From the NCBI GenBank assembly GCA_018061685.1, contig JAGOTR010000002.1, positions 1 through 60,257 of the forward strand: a DNA stretch of 60,257 bases. Direction: 5' to 3'. Below are positions 53,221 to 60,257 of the stretch, one piece after another. How positions within the stretch are numbered: position 1 is the stretch's first letter; every line of letters begins with the position of its first letter. The notes beneath the pieces are model-generated. The model did not search any database, was not told where the DNA came from, and saw only the letters and a list, made by a program, of their open reading frames with translations. The translations under genes and the position numbers were made by a program. This DNA is from Candidatus Magasanikiibacteriota bacterium (GTDB taxonomy: Bacteria > Patescibacteriota > Patescibacteriia > Magasanikbacterales > UBA922).

Positions 53221-55539
53221 CTAGAGCGGAAGCGGGCTTCCGTCCGGGCGCAGGCCGTCACAGTTGTTGTCGAACTCGGTGCCGCCGGCACCATCGAGGA
53301 GCCAATCCGTGGCCCCAGGATAGTTACCAGCGCCGCCGCCGACGCTGTCGTCGCAGTCTCCGATGAGGAGCTGCGCACACTGGAGGTTGACGGAGCCGAG
53401 ACAGGTCATGCCTCCGGCGAGCTGAGCTGCGTCCAAGTCGCAGACACAGTCCCCGTCGTCGTCCCACCGGTCGGGATTGCCGTTGCCCTGGGGGCCAGCA
53501 TTGGCACCGGACTGATTGACGCCCGTGCGACCGTTCATGTCGGTGGCGTCGATACAGGTACCGGCGCGGCAGGCCTGGCCACCAGCGCAGTCGGCGTCGA
53601 CGACGCACTGCACAACCTCGCACTCGGCCGCATTCGCAGCACAGGTGGGGTCCGCGCAGTCGGTGAGCCCGTCGCCATCGTTGTCGATGTCGTCGTTGCA
53701 CTGGTCACCGTCGTTGCCTTCGGTGTCGCAGGCGTTGCCCACGCTGTCGTTGTCGTTGTCGGCCTGGTTGGGGTTGGCGGTGTTCACACAGTTGTCACAC
53801 ACGTTGCCCACGCCGTCGCCATCGGCGTCCGCCTGATCCGCATTGGAAATGCGGGGGCAGTTGTCGTTGGCGTCGAGGATGCCATCGCCGTCGGTGTCGA
53901 GCTGCGGGCCATAGCCAGGGGCATAGGCCAAGCACCCCCGATTGGGAGCGCAGGCCACGGGACCGTTGGCCGGACCGCAGATGTCCACGGCAGGATCGAT
54001 GTCGATCAAGCCGTAGTCCGACTCGCCGAGGCGCACGCACCGGACGTAGATCAGGTGCGCACCGGCAAACCGAGCCGGCAGGCCGTACTCGACGGGAGGA
54101 TTGTTGATGTTGCCGCAGGTGCCCTTCTCTTCGAGGGCGCCTTCGTTCTCATTCTCATTGAAGGTGCAGAACATGAACTGGGGGTTGCCCCCCTCGTCAC
54201 AGACCGCGGGCACTCCATCGATGTCGATGAGCGTGCCAGCCGGCATCTGCTCGGGCTCACCGCAGGCGGCGAACTCGGGGTCGCAGAAGCCAACCCAGCA
54301 GGGGCCGACGGCGGCGGGACAGGTCATGTTCAGGTCTTCGGCCGGGGCGCAAGCGCCCTCGCCGTTGCACGCGTCTTCCACGGTGCAGGGATCGTCGTCA
54401 TCGCAGACGACACCGGCGGCCAGGTCGCCGGCAGAGGTGCACATGCCCGTCTCGGGGTTGCACACCTCATTGCCATTGCAGATCTCGCCATCGTCCTGGC
54501 AGACGACGGCGGTGCCTTCGCACTCGCCCTGGTCACACCGATCGGTGTGGGTACAGGCGTTGGCGTCGTTGCACACGGCACCGTTCATGGGCTCGGCCGG
54601 CTGCATGCAGCCGAACTCATCGTCGCACCGCGGGGCGGCGGTGCAGGGGTTGGCGTCGGCCTCGCACACGACCGCCGCGTACTGGCAGGTGCCATCGACG
54701 CAGCTGTCGGTGGTGCAGGCGCTGCCATCGCTGGGGCAGTCGGCGTTGACCTGGCAGTCGAGAACCTCGCGGCAGACCGCGAACTGGGAAGGGGTTTCGG
54801 CCCCCTCAAAATCCAGCTCGCACTGCTGCCGCAGGCCACGGGCAGACAGCCCACACTCGTTGGCGAACGGCACAAGCAAAGCCTGGCCGTCGTCAGCGAT
54901 GAAGAGACCGACGCCGAAGCGGTCGGTGTAGGGAACGTAGATCGCGTCCCCCTCTTCATCGAACATGAACTCGCCGGTCTCGGGGTTGCGGGCGTGAACC
55001 GACACGTTGTAGTCAACGCCCGTGAGGGCGTCGACACCACACCACATCAGCGCGTAGGGGCCCCAAGGCCCGAAGGCCGTGTGCCCGTTGATGTGGGGAT
55101 CCAGCACGGTCTGGGCCTGCTGCAGAGCAGCGAGACCCACACCGACATACACCTGCCCTCCCTCGACGGGGGTGGCCGTGTTGTAGTTGCCGCTGTACCG
55201 CTCGACCAGCACCTGGAACTCGGGCACCTCGACCATGGGGGTGAGGGGCTCGTTGAGGGACTCGACACAGCTGCCCTCGTGGGTCAGCTGCACCTGGTCG
55301 ATCATGCCGCAGTACTGGGTGGGCCCGTTCTTGTTCACGAGGAACATCTCGGGGCCGCTGACATACACCATGACGTTGGTGTCGACGCGCAGCTTGTTCT
55401 GGGTGGCGTTGCCACCCACCGGGCTCTGCGTGCCCGGGTTGGGGTTGGAGTTGCCCTCGGGCTGCCCGTACTGGCAACCGGTGAGGGCGATGAGGGAGAG
55501 GGCGGTGACCAAACCGCCAAAGGTCAGGGTGCGGTGCAT
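53221..55539 (-). CDS. GC-rich lipoprotein with Cys-rich repeats and thrombospondin type-3 (Ca-binding) repeats
   Basis: AAGGAG SD. Signal plus lipobox LIALTGC. Repeated CxxDxxxCTxDxCxxGxC units. DTDGDGILDANDNCPRISNADQADADGDGVGNVCDNC... TSP3-type repeats near the C-terminus. Confidence 0.85.
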   Translation of the reverse strand: MHRTLTFGGLVTALSLIALTGCQYGQPEGNSNPNPGTQSPVGGNATQNKLRVDTNVMVYVSGPEMFLVNKNGPTQYCGMIDQVQLTHEGSCVESLNEPLTPMVEVPEFQVLVERYSGNYNTATPVEGGQVYVGVGLAALQQAQTVLDPHINGHTAFGPWGPYALMWCGVDALTGVDYNVSVHARNPETGEFMFDEEGDAIYVPYTDRFGVGLFIADDGQALLVPFANECGLSARGLRQQCELDFEGAETPSQFAVCREVLDCQVNADCPSDGSACTTDSCVDGTCQYAAVVCEADANPCTAAPRCDDEFGCMQPAEPMNGAVCNDANACTHTDRCDQGECEGTAVVCQDDGEICNGNEVCNPETGMCTSAGDLAAGVVCDDDDPCTVEDACNGEGACAPAEDLNMTCPAAVGPCWVGFCDPEFAACGEPEQMPAGTLIDIDGVPAVCDEGGNPQFMFCTFNENENEGALEEKGTCGNINNPPVEYGLPARFAGAHLIYVRCVRLGESDYGLIDIDPAVDICGPANGPVACAPNRGCLAYAPGYGPQLDTDGDGILDANDNCPRISNADQADADGDGVGNVCDNCVNTANPNQADNDNDSVGNACDTEGNDGDQCNDDIDNDGDGLTDCADPTCAANAAECEVVQCVVDADCAGGQACRAGTCIDATDMNGRTGVNQSGANAGPQGNGNPDRWDDDGDCVCDLDAAQLAGGMTCLGSVNLQCAQLLIGDCDDSVGGGAGNYPGATDWLLDGAGGTEFDNNCDGLRPDGSPLPL

Positions 55540-55814
55540 ATTTACTCCTTATGCGTCCGCGGTTGATACAAAAGTCCTTCCCCGCTTGCAGCAGGGATAT
55601 CGGTCTACTTGGAAAGTAGCTCTCGATTCCCCCTGGCTGATGGGGGTAAGGACTTGGCTTCACTTCTTCCAGCCAGATGTACTGAGTACAAGTGTACTCC
55701 ACACACATGGCTGGAAGAGAGGTGAAACAATTTTTTTTACAAATAAATTGTAAAGATCTTTTTTAAAGGGATTAATCTCCACCAAGAAAATTTTTTGATG
55801 AAGATATGCTCCTC

Positions 55815-55879
55815 TCCCTCGTCGTTTCGTATGAATGCGTTCGCCTTGTGAGCAAATGCGTTCAATGAACGACGAGGGA
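55815..55879 (-). terminator. 12-bp stem hairpin after the 232-aa lipoprotein CDS
   Basis: TCCCTCGTCGTT / AACGACGAGGGA with a 41-nt loop containing a direct repeat of AATGCGTTC. Confidence 0.35.
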
Positions 55880-55895
55880 AGTAGTTGTTGGTTGT

Positions 55896-56594
55896 TCAGT
55901 CGGCGGGATCGAAACCCCGCCATTGCCTGGTCGTGGGATCCAGGCATCCCATACCGGCCTCGGCCCGACACACGAGCGCACCCTGCGACGCAAGGCCGCA
56001 GACGTGCTCGGGCAAGAGGTGCCACTGGCGGTCCTCGCGGCACTGTGCAATGGCGAGGATCCCCTCTGCGCCAAACTGGACGCAGGTGTAGGACCCGACA
56101 TCATCGCACACCCCGGTGACAGGGATGGGCGCACACTCCTCGGCCCCGGGGGGCAGAAAGGTGGTCACCCCGTCGCAGTGGCACTCGCCGTCTCGCCAGA
56201 CTTCGCCCTCGCCGCAGCGGGGGTTGTTCTGGCAGGCACCATCCACGCACCGGTCGGTGGTGGACGGGTCGTCGTCCATGCACTCCGCATTGCGGGTGCA
56301 TTCGGGGGGCGTGGCGTCGGGCAGGGAGGCGTCGACATCGCTGTCGGGCGCCTCCATGTCGGGGGTGGGGGGCGTCGCGTCGGGCTCGGCGTCGGGCAGG
56401 GCGGCGTCCTCACTGGGAGGAGCCGCATCGACCGCGGCATCGGGCTCGGTGGCGTCGGGCGCGGGGATGGTGCCATCGACATGGACGTGCGCCTGGGCGC
56501 AGACGTCCACGCCATCGCGAACGCAATCGTCCTTCCACTGGCACCCGAAAGTGCCGCCGACCACCACCAGAAGCCCGCAAATGAGGGTCTTCAT
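55896..56594 (-). CDS. GC-rich Cys-rich lipoprotein (232 aa)
   Basis: AGGAGG SD 8 nt upstream of the ATG at 56594. Signal plus lipobox GGTFGC. Pro/Asp/Ala-rich linker. Cys-rich C-terminal half. Confidence 0.8.
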   Translation of the reverse strand: MKTLICGLLVVVGGTFGCQWKDDCVRDGVDVCAQAHVHVDGTIPAPDATEPDAAVDAAPPSEDAALPDAEPDATPPTPDMEAPDSDVDASLPDATPPECTRNAECMDDDPSTTDRCVDGACQNNPRCGEGEVWRDGECHCDGVTTFLPPGAEECAPIPVTGVCDDVGSYTCVQFGAEGILAIAQCREDRQWHLLPEHVCGLASQGALVCRAEAGMGCLDPTTRQWRGFDPAD

Positions 56595-56844
56595 GTATCT
56601 ATCCTCCTGCAGCCAAATTGAGGGCTGCACTCGTGGGTCCGCGGCACGCGCGGAACTGTTACATTTCTTAGATGACCGATAAATGTTTCATTTTAACAAT
56701 GAACTACTTATCGGTCACCTAGAAAGAAGGAAAAAATTGAACAACTTAGTTTATAAAGAACTCGGCACATATATGCCAATCGGGAAAGTTAGCAAAGTAC
56801 GAGACCCTGCAACTTTCTTGATTGATATACATGTATAAACAAAG

Positions 56845-56872
56845 ATACTACCACATTTTTACTATTTGTAAA
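56845..56872 (-). promoter_or_regulatory. Putative promoter inside the AT-rich spacer of island II (TTTACA-N16-TGgTAGTAT)
   Basis: Minus strand reads TTTACAAATAGTAAAAATGTGGTAGTAT. About 245 nt upstream of the ATG at 56594. Confidence 0.45.
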
Positions 56873-57022
56873 TAACCTTTGTCACTATGCACTTAACGAA
56901 TTAAATGCACACTGATTGGGTGCCGAGTATGGGGTGACTCGGCCGCACAACCTGCCCTGGGGAAGGGAGGTTCAATATCCATGAGGTAACAATTTTTTTG
57001 CGGCCGGAGTGGCCGGGGGGTG

Positions 57023-57868
57023 CTAGAAGCGCCCACCCAGCCCGAGCCCCCCTTGCAGGGGCTCAAACTCACCGGCCGCCTTCTTGTTGGCGGCAACGAA
57101 CGGGAAGCCGACCCGCAGGGCGGCGTGGAGGCCGGGCGAACCCAGCTCCAGCGCACCCTGGGGCAAAAGCTCCACATGCTCCCCGGCCGTGTTGATCACG
57201 ACCGATCCAGCCACGCCACCCCGAAAGAATTCACCGCCGCTCATGAGCTGAGCGGTGAACCCGAACAGAAAGGCGTTGCTGGGATCACCTTCGCCACCAA
57301 CCAGAACGCCGAGAGAGCCGAAGCCCCCAAGAGCGTTCCAGCTGGCACCAGCCTCGAGCGTGCCAAAGGCGGTCGCGTCGAGATCGGCGCCGGCGAGGAA
57401 GGTGGTGTGAAGCATGAGCTTCCCGGCCTCGAGGTCGTCGAGGCGCTCGGTGGCGGTGGCCTGGAAATTCTCGAGGTCGTTGAGGCGATCCTCGATGGCC
57501 TTGATGGCCTCTTCGTTACGGGCGATGCGGGCGGTGAGCGCGAGCTCGACCGCCCCGAGGCTGCTCGACCAGTCGGTCTTGGCACTCGTGATGAGCGCCT
57601 CGACCTGATCCTTGGAAAGGAGCCCCCCCAACCCTTCGCCGAAGCGATTGATCAGGAGGTCGGTCAGGGCACTCTGACGCGCCGCCGAACTCTTCAGCCC
57701 GGCGAGATGGGTGTTGAGGGTGGCGATCACGCCCTCGAGACGAGAATTCTCGTCCTCGAGGGCGGTAATGTTACTGTCCCGCAGACGGTCGGTGACCGCT
57801 GCGGGGGCGGGGGTGAACCCTCCGAGGAGGGCGAGGGTCACGAGGACCCCCATAAAAAAGGTCTTCAT
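57023..57868 (-). CDS. GC-rich secreted protein: coiled-coil N-half, Gly-rich beta-strand C-half ending ...GLGLGGRF
   Basis: AGGAG SD. Signal peptide MKTFFMGVLVTLALLGGFTPAPAA. Heptad-like region, then alternating hydrophobic/Gly segments and a C-terminal Phe. Confidence 0.8.
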   Translation of the reverse strand: MKTFFMGVLVTLALLGGFTPAPAAVTDRLRDSNITALEDENSRLEGVIATLNTHLAGLKSSAARQSALTDLLINRFGEGLGGLLSKDQVEALITSAKTDWSSSLGAVELALTARIARNEEAIKAIEDRLNDLENFQATATERLDDLEAGKLMLHTTFLAGADLDATAFGTLEAGASWNALGGFGSLGVLVGGEGDPSNAFLFGFTAQLMSGGEFFRGGVAGSVVINTAGEHVELLPQGALELGSPGLHAALRVGFPFVAANKKAAGEFEPLQGGLGLGGRF

Positions 57869-57892
57869 GTCTCTACTCCTGGTACTGAGGGT

Positions 57893-58465
57893 TTACTTGC
57901 ACTCGACCTCGGCCGCCGCAGCGGCCTGGGCCTCCAACATCTCCACGGCCAGGCCGCAGAGGACGGCGCCACGCCCCATGGGAGCGCAGCATGCTTCGCG
58001 ATCGGCGGCCGAGAAGCTACCGATCAGGCACTCTTCCGGCCGCTTGGCCGCGGGGGGCAGGGCGATGATGCCCATGCCCTTGGCCTTGGCGGCCTCGGTC
58101 TGCTTCCGAGCGACGAGCAAAGCTCGCACGCTCTTCTTGCAGTTCGAGGCCTCCTGCCCCTTGGCGGCCGCCTCGCAGCACTCGTCTCGCATTTTCAGCG
58201 AAAACGGGTACCCATCGAACTCCACGGCGCAAACCGCAGTGCTCTTGGGCGCCTCGGGAAGACCGCATGCGATCAGACCCTTGATGGACTCGTCCACCCG
58301 GGCCATGATCAACTTGCAGTCTCCCTTCAGCTTGGCATCGGCGGCCGGGTCAGAAATGACCGCGACACACCGAGCCTGCTGCTCGGCCGTGGGGAGCGGG
58401 AGGGCGGGGCTCTGGGCGTTCGCGACGCCGCAGAGCAGGCACAGGATCATGGCGATGCTACGCAT
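57893..58465 (-). CDS. GC-rich secreted Cys-rich protein (190 aa)
   Basis: GAAAGGA SD. Signal peptide MRSIAMILCLLCGVANA. About a dozen Cys residues in the mature region. Confidence 0.75.
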   Translation of the reverse strand: MRSIAMILCLLCGVANAQSPALPLPTAEQQARCVAVISDPAADAKLKGDCKLIMARVDESIKGLIACGLPEAPKSTAVCAVEFDGYPFSLKMRDECCEAAAKGQEASNCKKSVRALLVARKQTEAAKAKGMGIIALPPAAKRPEECLIGSFSAADREACCAPMGRGAVLCGLAVEMLEAQAAAAAEVECK

Positions 58466-58744
58466 GATCGTTTTCCTTTCTGCAGGTTTTCTAGGCCTGC
58501 TTTTCTTCAGTTAATGGTGGAGCGCCCGGGCGCCCACGTGTAAAGGGCGACACGCGCCCGGACTCTTGTCTCATACAATTGAGAAATACCGCTTCTCAAC
58601 TCTAGTGAGACAAGAGTCCTAAATTATTATATTAATAGAATTTATCCGGCGTAGCCTTCAGGCGAAGCCGGACCTCATGGATTGTAATGATCAGGTGTAT
58701 CTTGCCCCTAGAGAGACAGAGCTTCTAGTTTCAAAATAACGCAA

Positions 58745-58774
58745 TACTATAGCATATTTTTGCCCCTTTGTCAA
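58745..58774 (-). promoter_or_regulatory. Strong sigma70-type promoter reading into island II (TTGACA-N17-TGcTATAGT)
   Basis: Minus strand reads TTGACAAAGGGGCAAAAATATGCTATAGT. About 275 nt upstream of the ATG at 58465. Confidence 0.6.
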
Positions 58775-58828
58775 TGTATTGGACAAAATATATTATTTTT
58801 TGGCTTAAATTAGCCATTTTAAATAAAT

Positions 58829-58866
58829 AAAAAAATCCTCCGAATCAATCGGAGGATTTTTTTTGT
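58829..58866 (-). terminator. Intrinsic (bidirectional) terminator after the partial orphan CDS
   Basis: AAAAATCCTCCGA-ATCAA-TCGGAGGATTTTT flanked by A- and T-runs. Confidence 0.8.
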
Positions 58867-58874
58867 ATACGCTT

Positions 58875-60257
58875 CTATCTTCCAGCAACTTTCCCATTAT
58901 TTTTCCACCCTTCTATTTTTTGCAATAAATCTGCTTTCATAAGGGTAGAGCCATCTGTGTCTGCTGCATTATAGCCAACATCAAACGCCTGCACAGCCGT
59001 ATCTATTTGATATTTCAACTCAGGGGTAATAGTCACACCTGGTAAAAAGTAACTATAATCCCCTTTTGTCGCTGCTTCGACAAAAGCAATTGCTGTGCCG
59101 CTTGTTCTTTTTATATTTTCATATATCGCCGCTTGTTCTGGTGAAACACCCGTATCAACAGATACTTTTTCTACACCAGCACTTGCTTGCTTCGGAGGTT
59201 CTTGTGGCAAAACTTCTACAGGTTCTGGTCGAGGTGGTAGCTCAATAGGTGTATCTTCAACAGGACTACTCGTACCTCCACTGAGTACCCGCCCAACAAT
59301 TTCTTTAATTTCAGCTGTGTTATTACCTGGCTTGGCAAATGCTGTATCTAATTCTGATAATGCATTGATATTATCTTTTGTAACAATGGCAGAGGCTACA
59401 CCAGAAGGTGTTTCAAATCGCACAGTATCATTGGCACCAAGGCGATATTTCAATCCGTTATATTCTACAAATCCCCCATCACTCTCACGCAGTAATCCAC
59501 GGAGTGCATCAATCCGTTGTGAAGAAGATAGTTCTGTATTGTAAAAATTCTTAAACGTCGTACTCGTTTTTTGCATCTCTGCATCCATTTGTGCACGCAT
59601 ATCGTATGGCTTTTCAATTTTTTCTTCAGCCGTTTCAGTACTATCATACATCGATCTCGATACCAGCCCCGCCTCACTTCTATCAACAGGCGATTGAAGT
59701 TCCCCATTTGAAATGGCAACATTGCCACCCTTCTCCCGCACAAAATACTGTCCATCCTTTTCAAAGTAGCCATACCGTTCAAGCGACTCCACGTCCCCTC
59801 GACTAAAACCATGCTTGTCAAACAACCAATCAAATGTTGATTGCGTTACCGTACCAGGCATGGCGCCAATACTTTTTGCAAATGGTTCACTATTTGGTAC
59901 ATCAATCCATTTTTCGCCCGCCTCATCCCAACGGCGAAACAATACTGTCCCATCGTCGAGCTTGCGAGAAATATAACTCCCGTCTACAACACCACGAGCA
60001 GGCACATTCCACATGTCGCCATCAATATTTGCTTGTTTGAATCCACTCGGAGGTACTTCTCCCGGAAATTTCATTTCAGGTGTTTTTTCTGGCACAACCG
60101 GAGTAACAGGAGCAAATGATTTTGCACCATGCTCGAGAACAAACATGTCATCGGCTTTAATGCCCACGGTGCCATCAGGCTTCATGTATGGTTTGTATTC
60201 AATAGTGTGTGTTTTGCCACTACTATCAGTCACTTGATACAGCGGTGTTTTGTCAAA
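58875..60257 (-). CDS. Orphan protein, 5'-partial (frame stays open to the window edge)
   Basis: The ORF track starts at GTG 60233, but the frame is open through 60257 (FDKTPLYQ...). No signal peptide in the visible part. Pro-rich linker PIELPPRPEPVEVLPQEPP. Confidence 0.7.
   Translation of the reverse strand, partial: FDKTPLYQVTDSSGKTHTIEYKPYMKPDGTVGIKADDMFVLEHGAKSFAPVTPVVPEKTPEMKFPGEVPPSGFKQANIDGDMWNVPARGVVDGSYISRKLDDGTVLFRRWDEAGEKWIDVPNSEPFAKSIGAMPGTVTQSTFDWLFDKHGFSRGDVESLERYGYFEKDGQYFVREKGGNVAISNGELQSPVDRSEAGLVSRSMYDSTETAEEKIEKPYDMRAQMDAEMQKTSTTFKNFYNTELSSSQRIDALRGLLRESDGGFVEYNGLKYRLGANDTVRFETPSGVASAIVTKDNINALSELDTAFAKPGNNTAEIKEIVGRVLSGGTSSPVEDTPIELPPRPEPVEVLPQEPPKQASAGVEKVSVDTGVSPEQAAIYENIKRTSGTAIAFVEAATKGDYSYFLPGVTITPELKYQIDTAVQAFDVGYNAADTDGSTLMKADLLQKIEGWKNNGKVAGR

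Noticed and set aside
53167-55566. 799-aa plus-strand ORF across island II
   Set aside because: It is antisense to the 772-aa lipoprotein CDS, which has an SD, a lipobox and recognisable TSP3 repeats. The plus-strand product is Gly/Ala/Val low-complexity with no start context.
55923-58543. Plus-strand ORFs 55923..56621 and 57020..58543, and many 60-190-aa ORFs in island II
   Set aside because: The same GC-driven open-frame artefact. They overlap minus-strand CDSs that have SD sites and signal peptides.
58640-58680. SRP (4.5S) RNA-like string AGGTCCGG in the island II leader
   Set aside because: The conserved GGAAGCAGCC / GNAR domain IV elements are absent on both strands. Only a short chance resemblance.
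1-60257. Alternative genetic code (UGA recoding, as in some candidate phyla)
   Set aside because: TGA terminates well-supported genes (for example 18493-18495, 13672-13674, 48472-48474), and the conserved proteins are full length under the standard code.

Overview
Compact, low-GC bacterial chromosome segment. My hand counts of single 60-nt lines give about 25-45% G+C. TAA, TAG and TGA all act as stops, so this is the standard code. Gene content and the dense intergenic palindromes resemble small-genome uncultivated bacteria (Patescibacteria/CPR-like); this assignment is inference only. Left to right: (1) a tRNA(CAT); (2) a membrane-anchored single-ring Clp-like AAA+ protein; (3) two membrane/exported hypotheticals; (4) a class B penicillin-binding protein; (5) pilT; (6) folD; (7) an operon of nucleotide-sugar dehydrogenase, SDR epimerase and a 1016-aa orphan protein; (8) GC-rich island I (12.9-17.2 kb); (9) an ~18.6 kb surface-glycan locus (17.3-35.9 kb) with a likely GDP-perosamine branch; (10) a 1217-aa S-layer-like surface protein behind a ~400-nt structured leader, directly downstream of an ECF sigma/anti-sigma pair; (11) an HTH regulator with an operator array plus a DUF11-type surface protein; (12) more glycosyltransferases, a hydrolase-like/FG-GAP exoprotein and a second O-antigen-ligase-like protein; (13) two tandem small coiled-coil paralogs; (14) GC-rich island II (53.0-58.6 kb); (15) a 5'-partial orphan CDS at the window edge. 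The most unusual signal is the two GC-rich islands (about 58-65% G+C by hand count). They encode Cys/Asp-rich secreted lipoproteins of a type associated with high-GC diderm bacteria. These include 13 CxGxDNDCDG repeats with an FGE-sulfatase-like domain, thrombospondin type-3 repeats, and a protein with an outer-membrane-like C-terminus. The GC-rich signal is confined to the coding sequences. The spacers between them are AT-rich and carry the same TTGACA-N17-TGnTATAnT promoters as resident genes, followed by 200-285 nt hairpin-rich leaders. I saw no integrase, transposase, CRISPR array, reverse transcriptase or recognisable defence genes. All function calls come from motif recognition by eye; no database search was run.
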